Source: Octopus sinensis
Taxonomy: Eukaryota
Direction: 5' to 3'
Assembly (NCBI RefSeq): GCF_006345805.1
Contig: NC_043011.1
Span: 27,788,464 to 27,852,463 of the forward strand
Length of the DNA: 64,000 nucleotides
Shown here one piece after another: positions 1-11,446 of the stretch; within the stretch, counting starts at the first letter, position 1; each line of letters opens with the position of its first letter. The notes below the pieces were generated by a model. The model was not told the origin of the DNA, made no database searches, and saw nothing but the letters and a program-made list of their open reading frames with translations. Made by a program: the position numbers and the translations under genes.

Positions 1-1080
1 GAGTGAAAGGCAAAGTTCACCTCAGTGGGATTTCAAATTAGAACGTAAATGAAGCAAAAAAATACAACGTGGAAGTCTTTCTAACACACTTACGACTCAG
101 CAATTCTCTACTTTGCGAAACTTGAAGCGTTAAATTATTCTGTTTACATTTGAGAGTAAAACAACTAATTCCAGCGACTTAGTCATATAATACAATGCAG
201 CAGCGCAGTTCATTGTTGTATTAATGACTATTGACGCCTCGTTTGAAATTACTGACCAGCAATGATATTATTTTCTGCCCAATACTGTTATTTTTTAAAT
301 AGTTTTGGAGTGTTCACAAAATAGCCAATATATGTAGATTCAAACTAATAGTATTTTTATTAGTAAATAATCTCCTGAATGTGTTGGCTTTTTAAGATGT
401 TAGATTAATCGAGAAATGCTGATTGTATTTTTTAGCGTTTCTAAAACTAGAAAATAACGTTTCTTTTGGAAGCACCTAACAGAATTATAAGATTTAGTAT
501 ATTTTCTATCAGCTTCAGAGAAAGCAAATTCTTTTCAAAGGGATATATAAAGTTAATGAATAATTTTGGTCAGTTAACAGTACGTATTTATATGCAATTT
601 TCTGTATATATAAGTACATAGTATATTTCCATTCGTCAGTTTTATACATTTTGTTTTACATTTGGCTAATGTAGATCTATTTATACCATGCCTGAAACAC
701 AGACATTAATTTACTTCGATTATATATCGAATTGATCGACAGTAATTTCGAGCTGAATTACAGCGTCAAATATCGAAATAACAACATAAATTGACAATGT
801 AAAACAAAGGTGACTGTAATTTGATATATCTTAAAAGCTAAGAGGATCGTTGTTAAGTATTGATTTCTCTTGAATAATCTTACTGCATCGGATATTTAGG
901 TGACTGGAATGCGATATTTTTACGTTCTAAGTTTCTGCAAAACTTTTAACTTAGAATAGAAAGCAGATAACTCATTCTTGACTAGCTTTAAATGAATTAT
1001 AATCGAAAATTAAAAGATAACTAGATATATTAGAGTTAATGGATATTTCAATGTGATCATCCATTGTTTTAATGATCATA

Positions 1081-1581
1081 TACTCTTTACTCTTTTACTT
1101 GTTTCAGTCAGTTGACTGCAGCCATGTTGGAGCACCACCTTTAGTCGAGCAAATCGACCCCAGGACTTATTCTTTGTAAGCCTAGTACTTATTCTATCGG
1201 TCTCTTTTGCCGAACAGCTAAGTTATGGGGACGTAAACACACCAGCATCGGTTGTCAAGCGATGTTGGGGAGACAAACACAGACACACAAACATGCACAC
1301 ATACATACATACATACATACATACATACATACATACATACATACATACATACATACACACACATACACACACACACACGCGCACACACACACACATATAT
1401 ATATATACATATATATACAACGGGCTTATTTCAGTTTCCATCTACGAAATCCCCTCGCAAGGCTTTGGTCGGCCCGAGGCTATAGTAGAAGACACTTGGC
1501 CAAGATGCCACGCAGTGGGACTGAATCCAGAACCATGTGGTTGGTAAGCAAGCTACTTACCACACAGCCACTCTTGCGCCT
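1081..1581 (-). mobile_element. tRNA-derived SINE family C with internal microsatellite
   Basis: Minus-strand head ggcgcaagagtggctgtgtggtaag...ggattcagtccc, internal (TACA)n/(CA)n/(TA)n, tail (aagagt)n. Confidence 0.8.
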
Positions 1582-2350
1582 ATATATATTCATATAACTT
1601 CTCAAACTGGGAAAGTACATTTTGAATGAAAGCTGTAGTAACTAGTTTGAAGCCAATATATTGTAGGTACATACGATATGGAACTTTTACTAATGAAAGG
1701 CCAAATCCTCCTCACTGGAAATTCTACATCAATGGGCAGGAGGGAATACTGTAGATATTAGTTCATCCACTCATTGTTGCTGCGCTTACACTTTCTTCAG
1801 TGTAGACGATATATTAATCATACTTAATTAAGCAATTGTTTAATGGTTTTATATGAGATGATAAATAGATGATCAATCATCTTCATTATTTTATATAGGA
1901 TTCTATCAGGATTTAACTATACAAGCAAAAATATATAAAAATAAATGAACATTTCCCAACGCGGCATGTCTGATAGATTATACACTAGGGATTTGTAATA
2001 TTGACACAATGACATACATTTGTGGGAGAGGTTCTAGTAAATTAAATCGAACTTCAACGCTCGATCATTCTTAGTTACTATCACTGGAAAGCTGAATGCC
2101 AAAGTTATTGTTCATGGGATTTGAACCCATGCTGTAACTAACACTGACTAAATTACTGCCAGTCTTTGTTCAATGTTCTAACAATTCCACGTGACAAAAC
2201 TGCCTTAGCATATAGGTACAACAACGATTTTCCGGAAACTTCGATTCGAAAGCTTTTTCAGGTACAGCATTTTCACGAACCAATGTTGGTCCTCCGAATT
2301 AAAGAACTATTCAATTAATTTAAATACGTTTGTGAAATATAGATACCTAT

Positions 2351-2651
2351 TGTTGTTCTTTGTTCCTTCTCGAGGCATGCCTGGCGCAAAAGGGCTGGTT
2401 TTCCGGTTTCCTTGGCGTATAGGTTCCCCACCTGGACGGGACGCCGGTCCGTCGCAGCTGAGCTGCAAGATGCAGCAGGAAAGAGTGAGAGAAAGTTGTG
2501 GCGAAAGAGTCAGCATAATCTCGGCATTACCTTCAGCCGGAGCCGCGTGGAGTTTAGCTCATAAACACGCACATCGCCCGGTCTGAGATTCGAACCAGCG
2601 ATCCCTCGACCGCGAATCCGCTGCTCTAGCTACTAGGCCATGTACCTCCAC
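2351..2651 (-). mobile_element. SINE family V
   Basis: Reverse-complement homologue of 6570-6875. Confidence 0.8.
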
Positions 2652-2761
2652 ATAGGTGCCTATACTAATGTATAGATAGCAGAAGTTTAATAAACTTCTG
2701 TCGAAGGTACTGTGAAGACGGACAAAGTGCCGCAACACCAAAAGTTTCTGTGAAGTCGGAT

Positions 2762-3120
2762 GAAATTATTGGTATTCAACTGGTACTTATTTTATCGACC
2801 CCGAAAAAATTGAAAAGCAAAGTAGACCTCAGCAGAATTTGAATTCAGAATGTAAATACGGACGAAATGCCACTAACCATCTTTCCCGGTTTGCTAACGA
2901 TTCTGCTAGTTCACCGCCTTCTAGAACTAAAATTATTGGTTTCAAATCTTGGTAGAAGGCCAACAACTTCAGATAAGTCGATTGCATTAACCCCCAGTAC
3001 TGAACTAATACGTATTTTATTGACCCCCGAAAGAATGAAAAGCAAAGTGGACCTCGGTGGAATTTGAACTCAAAACGTAAAGACGAACGAAATGCCGCTG
3101 ACGGTTCACCCTGCTCGCCA
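2762..3120 (-). mobile_element. Two tandem partial SINE family M copies
   Basis: ggtacttattttatcgaccccgaaa...aaagcaaagt.gacctc.g..gaatttgaa occurs twice. Other partial copies at ~1-55, 6370-6510, 8790-8960, 23905-24005, 26137-26560, 29510-29930, 44385-44820 and 47460-47670. Confidence 0.7.
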
Positions 3121-4011
3121 TCGTCCAGAGATGAAAAATATCAAAAGTAAATATTATGAGTTTAACCCGATATTCCATAATTTCAAACAACTAACTAACC
3201 TAAAGATTTATATAGGATTTTGTCGGGATAGGATTATTTTTGTCGTTGCTATAAGTAGCTATTTACTGTTGCTGATATTACACTTTTTAAAATATAGAAG
3301 ATTGTGTGAAGTCATTGCAAGGTGTTACTGACACGGACTCAGTAATACATTTAACGCTAAATAAATAAATAAATAAATAAATATTATAACTGGTTTAAGG
3401 AGAGGCGATATTAGGTCGGTGAACTGATGCCCAGTAAGAATATATCAAGAGAAAAGCAAATTGATTGAAGTTTTCTTTAGAGTCCTACGGAATATTTTAC
3501 AGTATGTAATATAGCCATCTATGCATCATGGTTAATGCATACACACCGCTCATAAGCCAGTTACTGTGGTATTTCTCCTGAGATATTATCTCTTAATGAC
3601 ATACTCTGTTAAGAACACAATAATTGTCAGGGAGAGGGAAAAAGTGTTCCCAGCAGTGGCCAGTGGGAACATGAAATGTATTTCAACCTTTCTGAGCTTC
3701 AGCTGAATTCTTCAATAACTGGCGTATAAATTGTGTATAAACATTGATTATGATACATAGATTGCTACTTTAATTTAATACTGCTTCTATTGCGTATACC
3801 GGATTTACGGTATTTAGTTATGGAATTTTACCTTTTGAGTTAAAATCATACCCCATTTGACTTCTTTCTTCGATGGCTGATATGTAAATAACGTAAATAA
3901 ACATCAACTGTGCACTGGATTCTCTGAGACAGAATATTCTGCGCCACAGAAACATGGATTGTACTATGTAGAAACTTACACTGCATCTACAATATAAATT
4001 AGCAACATTCA

Positions 4012-5659
4012 TCTAGAGTCAATTTTTTTCTTTCTTTATTACCCACGAGGGGACACTACAAACATTGGGGACATAGAACATCACAATTACAAAGAATGAA
4101 AGATGAATTTTGAAAATGATATTATGAAAGTGATGCTAACGGCCCCATCCGCTAGCATCACTTACCTGTCCTTTAGTTGTTAATCCCACACAAATGCTCC
4201 TTGTTCAGTTCCTATACAAAATCCTTCCATCTCCATCCTTTTTTCAAACGTCTCTTCCAAATCCCTCATGATTTTTTCAACCATTCTCACTTCACCTACT
4301 TCCCAATCCTCCCTTTCACACATCTCCATAAACTCGTCCATTCGTTCTTTTCCAATTACTGCATACCTGATCGTTCCTCTGTCACACCATTGATACTCTT
4401 CCATTTTCTTTTTAATCTTTTCTTTTCCCGTCATACATACAATGTTTGGCCTGGGTTCATTTTTTGCGTCTTGGTTTTGTGTGTCTTTTCTTTTCTGTTT
4501 TCTTGTTGGAGGGGAGCGGGTGGGTTCACTGTCTGCAGGGAGAGGGTGGGACTCAGAGGGTGTGGGTGGTGTTGGGGTGGATTGGGGTTCCGTGTTGTTT
4601 TCTTTTCCTCTTATTCTCCTCTTCCTCTTTTTCCTGGCTTCTTCCCATTCTTGTGAATTTTCTTCTTCTATTGTCTCCTTCTCCTCTGGTTTCTGTTCTT
4701 TTCCCGCCTCTCTTCGTGGCTCCGCATCCATTTCTTTCTCTGGGGGAGGGCAGTTAGCTCTTATGTGGACCCTCAGGCCACACTTGTAACACCGTGGAGC
4801 TCTGCCCTCCACCCACACTCTCATGATTACGTCTCCCAATCTGATATTTTCTGTTAGGTTCTCCAGTACATCATCTTCTGCTTGTACATTCAGATCCAGT
4901 GCTGCGCCCCTCCAGCCCTCGGTCTTTACCGTGGCATGGAGGATGTCCACTTCATCTTCATGACCGCTAATTATAGCTGCCACAATCCACTCTGCTTCGA
5001 CATTTGGGGGTATACCCTCGACCCTTATTCTGGTAATTTTCCTATTTAAGTAAGAGGGCAAAAGGAATACCCTCTCAGATTTCACTGCTTTAGCCGCCAT
5101 CCTCCTTGCTATATTCTCACTCTTGAACTGTACTACCACAGTACCATAGCTTGTACCTCTAGTCAGAAATATTATTTCCTCTTCTGTTCTTCTCAGAGCC
5201 TCCTCTATCCACTCCATATTCACCACTTCGATCTTTGTCTTTCCGTTTGCGTAGACCCTGTATGTAATGGTTCTTTTCTGGTACCATTCTCTGCGCTTTG
5301 GTGGCGGTGCTAATTCCACCTCACCGCCGTCCTTCTTAATAAACTTTTGGTAACTTGGCAGCTTGGCTAAGTCCAACTCTCTCTCCTCCGATTTTTTAGC
5401 TATTCCAGCATAGGTATAACCTAATTTCTGGTCCATTCTCCTCACCGCTTCCTCCAACTCCTCCTCAAACGTAGACAAGTCCGATAGGGTTTCGAATACT
5501 CTAGCCGTCTCTCCCATCAGGGAGGGGCCGTCCTTGTCTGTCTCAACTCCGACAGACAAACCCCGCGCGACCGTACAAGAAGAAACGTTTAACAAAATTT
5601 ACGTGTAACGCAGTAACAAGGAAAAATCAACTCACGATAAGTGTCTAGAGTCAATTTTT
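4012..5659 (-). mobile_element. ORF1-only (HAL1-like) non-autonomous non-LTR retroposon with 16-bp TSD
   Basis: Perfect direct repeat TCTAGAGTCAATTTTT at 4012-4027 and 5644-5659. Single long ORF. Minus-strand 3' end is ccctcgtgggtaataaagaaag plus a short A run. GC content is higher than the flanks. Confidence 0.85.
4180..5517 (-). CDS. Gag-like/ORF1 nucleic-acid-binding protein of a non-LTR retrotransposon (445 aa from first ATG; frame open from TTG at 5595)
   Basis: Uninterrupted ORF with a CX2CX4HX4C knuckle (CYKCGLRVHIRANC), an upstream RRM-like region and a charged, Pro/Thr-rich C-terminal part. No ORF2 follows. Confidence 0.8.
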   Translation of the reverse strand: MGETARVFETLSDLSTFEEELEEAVRRMDQKLGYTYAGIAKKSEERELDLAKLPSYQKFIKKDGGEVELAPPPKRREWYQKRTITYRVYANGKTKIEVVNMEWIEEALRRTEEEIIFLTRGTSYGTVVVQFKSENIARRMAAKAVKSERVFLLPSYLNRKITRIRVEGIPPNVEAEWIVAAIISGHEDEVDILHATVKTEGWRGAALDLNVQAEDDVLENLTENIRLGDVIMRVWVEGRAPRCYKCGLRVHIRANCPPPEKEMDAEPRREAGKEQKPEEKETIEEENSQEWEEARKKRKRRIRGKENNTEPQSTPTPPTPSESHPLPADSEPTRSPPTRKQKRKDTQNQDAKNEPRPNIVCMTGKEKIKKKMEEYQWCDRGTIRYAVIGKERMDEFMEMCEREDWEVGEVRMVEKIMRDLEETFEKRMEMEGFCIGTEQGAFVWD

Positions 5660-6569
5660 ACCTATCATCTCCCTAAGAGTCCATTAATATAATATTTCTT
5701 AAAGTGGGTAACAGGGGAAAAAATCCGTGTTCCATGTAAAAATTCTGAGGCTCAATAAGATAAGGCTCCTCCCACGAAAAAACAAAACACAAAACAAAAC
5801 AAAAACTCATATTTTATTAAAACATTCTATTATCCATTTCTACATAATGCATATATACGTTATATGAGTGTGTGTGTGTGTGTGTGTACACGCACAAAAT
5901 CTCTGATGGCAAATTCTGCTTATTAAAATTCGGATGGAGTGGGCAGGCCGTAGGAATTGGACACATTATTTTTGTAAGGATTCCACGATAAACTAAACTT
6001 TGAAACTGCTGCAACAATGGAAGTATTTGACATGTCTAGCCGATATACTAAAAGCCAAATTCATTCATTTGTCTATATATATACAGTATATATATACAGT
6101 ATATATATATATTATATATGTACACACACACACACAGGCTTCAATTACTGTTATAAGTAATCATTAATTCATAGTGACATTAAATTCTAAAAGCTGAAGA
6201 CGGTAATGTGAAGCTATTGAACGGTAGTACATGCAAGACTCTCATTACTATATTTAGTATTGAAAGATAAAATAGTTAACTAGATATTAAAATATCCTTG
6301 CTATTGAAAATCTGGATGCACGAGCACGTAGGCATGATATAATCTGAAACTTTTGTGACAAATATTCTTTTCTACTCTAGATACAAGGCCCGAAATCTTG
6401 GGGGAGGGGGCCAGTCGATTAGATCGACCCAAGTACGCAACTGGTACTTAATTTATCGACTCCGAAAGGACGAAAGGCAAAGTCGACCTCGGTGGAATTT
6501 TGGGTCAAATATTGAAGAACATATACAGTACTCTTAAAAATGGTTTATAAGATATAGTTATATTAACCC

Positions 6570-6875
6570 GTGGAGGCAAATGGCCTAGTGGTTAGAGCAG
6601 CGGACCCGCGGTCGAGGGATTGTGGGTTCGAATCTCAGACCGGGCGATGTGTGTGTTTATGAGCGAAGCACCTAAGCTCCACGCGGCTCCAGCAGAAGGT
6701 AATGGCGAACTTCTGCTGACTCTTTCGCCACAACTTTCTCTCACTCTTTCCTCCTGCAGTTTGCAGTTCACCTGCGACGGACCGGCGTCCCGTCCAAGTG
6801 GGGAACCTATACGCCATGGAAACCGGAAAACCGACCATTATGAGCCAGGCGTGGCTCGAGAAGGAACAATAATAA
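6570..6875 (+). mobile_element. tRNA(Arg-like)-head SINE family V (V-domain-like body)
   Basis: tggcctagtggttagagcagcggac...gggttcgaatctc head; tgcgacggaccggcgtcccgtcca...ggaaaccgg body; TSD tatattaaccc. Confidence 0.8.
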
Positions 6876-9005
6876 TATATAATATATTAACCCAGATAGC
6901 TCTTATGTGAATACCTAATGCCAACTATTGTTGCGATCCACTCTTTTAGCATGTAGGGCAGCCTACGTATATCATATATTTCAGGATGAGGTACGTGATG
7001 TTAACCGAAAATATTTCCCAGTACAGCTTCACACTGATATGGCAGTAAGTCAAATAACTGAAGGTAGTTGTAGGTTAAACTACAAGAATGTATCTACTTG
7101 GTTATGAAACTGTAATTAGTAAATAGGTACTGTATATTCATTTGAAAAGCTGAGTAACTAATATGAACTTGTGTTTGAATAAACCTAAAAATAAGCTAAA
7201 TAAATTATATGAGGATAATCTAGCGTGTTATATTTTCAAGGTTGATGTATTAAAATGGTAACATTGTGTGCGTTAGTTCGAAGAGTTATGCACCTGGTTT
7301 GATAATGTATGGTAGCCTAAAGCATTATATTTCGCGAGGGCTTGTAGATGATAAATTACTGCTTTTGTTCAGAAAACTTCAGCCACAGTATAAAACTGAA
7401 ATCATATCTCTTCAGTAGAATATTTCTCTTACATTTGAGGCGGAGAATCCCAAATCGTACCGAAAATGAAGCCTTATCGTTGCTTAGCGGGAATTAATTT
7501 ATAAGAATACTGTAGCATCTAGGTAATATACGGGACTCACCAATCATCTTGTCCCTTACATCAGCACCTTCTCAGAGCTAGTTAGCATCATACTTAATGT
7601 TATTTCCACTTAAACTCAACAGATATATCTACCTTTCTTCCTTTAATTATCAATCTTCCATTGGTCGTCAGGATGAAAGGTGGACATATTATGTCTATAC
7701 AAACTTTCCTAACCTGAACGCCTTTTCACTTTATCCTGTTCACATTATCTGTATACAGGTCGGTTTTCAACGATACAAACTGCATATCTACGTCATTCAT
7801 TTTAACAGATTCACAGAGCCTGCGAATGACATACGAGCAGTCACTTTCCGAGAAAAAAAAGTATATACAAACATCAAATCAATATTCTCCAAAAATTCAA
7901 AATACGCTACTAATAAGCTGCAGAATGCGATTGACTGAATGCAGTGCAAAATATATGGAACTTGAATTATCTACGGAAAGTAAATCCTGTAATATTTTCA
8001 GGAAACATCTCTATAGTCACCGAAACTGAAAGTGCATTTCCCACAGAGAAAAATTACCCATTTATGCTTTTGACCTGTCTCAGTTTCTCTTAATCAGTAT
8101 GATCATCATTAAATATTATTCAGTTGCAAAGAGACGCATTCTTGGTATTAAGAATGGAATTAGCTGGCATTCATTGCAGTTGACAAAAGTTCTGATATAT
8201 TTAAACTTAATGTCCACAAGTTATTTTGAAATTATTCCGTGAGATCAGAAAAAACAATGCAACTGTAAAAGGATGATTTCCAACTTATACCTCACGGGTC
8301 TAAAGTGGTTCGTTATCGTGGCGCCATGTACACGATGTCGAGGGAATTCAAGTACGGAGACAAGGAGATAATCAAGTAATTGCGCATACAGCTATACACA
8401 TAGCCAGGAGGCATATACATCCACACGTACACACAAATATGCGTGTGCATGTATCTACACACACATATACACAAACATACACACACACATACACACACAT
8501 TACACACACATGCGTGCACGCGTACACACACACACACACACACACCACACACATATATATATGTACGTATTTATGTATATATTTGTTATGTATACATAAC
8601 AAATATTTATGCATAAGTTCGTAAACACAAATTCTCGCTCCTACACTCGCAGGCATTTCCCGCGCAGACACTCAAGGCGTCAGTTCTACAATTCAGCGTG
8701 CACAAACATATATATGTATATATACATGTGTATGTGCGCGCGTGTGTGTGTGTGTGTGTGTGTGTTGGTAGTTATGTATGTTGAATATATTAGTTTCGAG
8801 TAAGTTCGCGGGAGGGAATAAGTTCGACTATATAGACCCCAGTGCTCAACTGGTACATGTTTTATTAACCTTGATGGATGAAATGCTAAGTAGGCGGAAT
8901 TTTAAAAAAAAGGACGAAATGCCACAAAGTATTTTGATCGGCGCGTTAACATTTCTGCTTTCTCGGCGTTTTTTATGTTGAATATATTAAACTTTATACA
9001 TAGAA

Positions 9006-9236
9006 GGCGGCGAGCTGGCAGAAACGTTAGCACGCCGGGCGAAACGCGTAGTCGTATTTCGTCTGTAGTTACGTTCCGAGTTCAAATTCCGCCGTGGTCG
9101 ACTTTGCCTTTCATCCTTTCAGGGTCGATAAATTAAGTACCAATTAGGCACTGGGGTCGATGTAATCGACTTAATCCCTTTGTCTGTCTTTGTTTGTCCC
9201 CTCTGTGTTTAGCCCCTTGTGGGTAGTAAAGAAATA
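9006..9236 (+). mobile_element. tRNA-derived SINE family M (Meta-like central domain), full copy
   Basis: A box tggcagaaacgtt, B box gagttcaaattcc, central gcctttcatcctttc.gggtcgataaa.taagtacc, tail gccccttgtgggtagtaaagaaata. TSD atattaaactttatac (8984-8999 / 9237-9252). Confidence 0.85.
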
Positions 9237-9317
9237 TATATTAAACTTTATACCTAGTGAGATATACGTATATGTAAATGTAATATAGGAGAAATATATT
9301 ATGGTATCTTATATTAC

Positions 9318-9583
9318 GTGGAGGCACATGGCCTAGTCGTTAGAGCAGTGGACTCGTGTTTCAGGGATTACTGGTTCGAATCTCAGACCGGGCGATGTGT
9401 GTGTTTATGAGCGAAATACCTAAGCTACACGCGGCTCCGGCAGAAGGTAATGGCAAATTTCTACTGACTCTTTCCTCCTGCATCTAGCAGCTCGTCTGCG
9501 ACGGACCGGCGTCCCGTCCAGGTGGGGAACCTTTACGCCAAGGAAACCGGGAAACCGTCCCTTTGGCTCGAGAAGGAACAAAC
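9318..9583 (+). mobile_element. SINE family V
   Basis: Homologue of 6570-6875 with an internal deletion. Confidence 0.8.
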
Positions 9584-10909
9584 ATATTATGTTACGGCAT
9601 ATATTTAAAAAAAACAATTACGTGTATGCGAATATGTGGGTGTATATGTTGAGTGTGTGTGCGTACGCGTGCGAATGTGTGTGAACGTGAGTGTACTCTA
9701 AGCTTCAAATGTGCATATCTGTTGGTGCTTATGCACATGTGTGTATATATGAATCTGCATGTGTGTAAGTGTGTATAAACTTCTATATTCCTGTCTATGT
9801 TCAGTAGTATTTATATAAACCTGTTTTGCTCTGTGTGTCTGTGTATGTTTATGATTATATGTGACATGGAACGTACGTGGTTTTATGATTTTACGTATGA
9901 TTGTAGAAATTAAATGGATGCTTTCTTTACTCTTGTTTCGGGCAATGGACATGGAAACATTATGACAGTTAACTCAACCATCTAGTTCCGGTTCATGAAA
10001 CACCCTTCACATATTCAATTATTTACATGAACGTTGACATTCGCTTCAATCGAACGGTGTCTTTGTTTTCTTTCTGCCAAACAGACCACGATATTAAGAG
10101 TGAATACTGTAAAAGGAAGTCTGAAATGATCTCAAAACGACGCTGTTATGATATATATATATATATATATATATATAACATGACTTACAAAGGACAATAA
10201 GTGTAGACCAAATATATTATCGACAGGAACGATGTAGCAGAACGTAATTTTATGTAGCGTCAGTTGCTCGGACAGACAAGCTTTCAAGTTGAAAACAAAT
10301 CAGGTTTTGCGTACCAAAACAGGTAGTGAGCTGAATATTTCTTTCTGAATCAAGAGTAAAATGTGATGTCATTAGCTTTTATGGCGTAATGAAAGCTACT
10401 TTCTAACGTTACCTGCAGGACATTTCTTAGTAAAAATGAGAAATGTTAATGAAATTCTGGAAATTATGTTCAGCAATATCATCTCACGGTTATTCTTCGT
10501 ACTTCATTAATTGTGTTAATTGTATTACTGTTTTAATTGTATAACTATCAAGCACGAGGAATAGCTTCCATAGATTCTAATTTGCTTTTATTTGAGACTT
10601 CATGTTATAACAACAAAAAAGAACGGTGAATCCCACTGAAATGTTCTAATGCGCCGGTCCAAATAGAAAGGCGAGTGTTTTGAATTTTCTACTTTCCATC
10701 ATGCCGTGTCGTTAATGAGCATGTTTATGCAGGAAAAAAATTGAGTGTCATATATCCCTCATTTCCGAATTTCATTGTAGTTGAATATATACCATGAAGA
10801 CGTACTTAGAGCTTTTTTAAAAAATGCAGCTATCTGTTCAAAATCTCTTATGACCCAGCAAAAAAAAAAAAAAAATGTCTGATTACTGTTTTAATTAGAC
10901 ATATATTGC

Positions 10910-11180
10910 TGCCTCAGTGGTTAGAGTGTTGAGCTAACAATCATGAGGGAGTGAGTTCGATTCTTGGACTCGGCTGTTTGTTGTGTTCTTGAACAGGACA
11001 CTTTATTTCACGCTGGCGCCACGCCGCATCGGCCTTTAACTTTCCATTGGATAACATCAGTGGCATGGAGAGGGTAGGATGGTATGCATGGGTGACTGCT
11101 AGTTTTCCATAAACAACCTTGCCCACACTTGTGCCTTGAAGGGGAACTTTGTAGGTATAGTCTCATGGTCATTTATGACT
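10910..11180 (+). mobile_element. tRNA-derived SINE, adjacent to the Gypsy LTR
   Basis: A box cagtggttagagtg and B box gagttcgattc. Confidence 0.6.
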
Positions 11181-11446
11181 GTTGTAACGTAATTTGTTAT
11201 GTACAATAAATAAGATTACTAAACAACAGTAAAACAATGTAAAGAACTAACAAATATCTTTACGAAACAACAATCAATATTTCTTGGTAACTAACCAACC
11301 TGCACCTTCCGACTTCACTGCGAGCTAAGACGAACTTCACTCGACTTAGAACTCTGAACCTTCAACTCACTCTGATCGTTACTATATGTCCTTCCCTCGG
11401 AGCAGTTTATGTTTCCCAAGAGGGCGTCATAACTCACATTACAACA
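11180..11446 (-). repeat. 3' LTR (267 bp) of the Gypsy relic
   Basis: Ends TGTTGTAA...TTACAACA. The polypurine tract AAAAGGGGAGA (minus strand, 11447-11457) abuts it. Confidence 0.8.

Noticed and set aside
4177-4789. Plus-strand ORFs (159, 115, 103 aa)
   Set aside because: Antisense shadows of the purine-rich ORF1 on the minus strand.
6570-6640. tRNA genes at SINE heads
   Set aside because: A and B boxes are present, but they continue into SINE bodies and lack a full cloverleaf acceptor stem.
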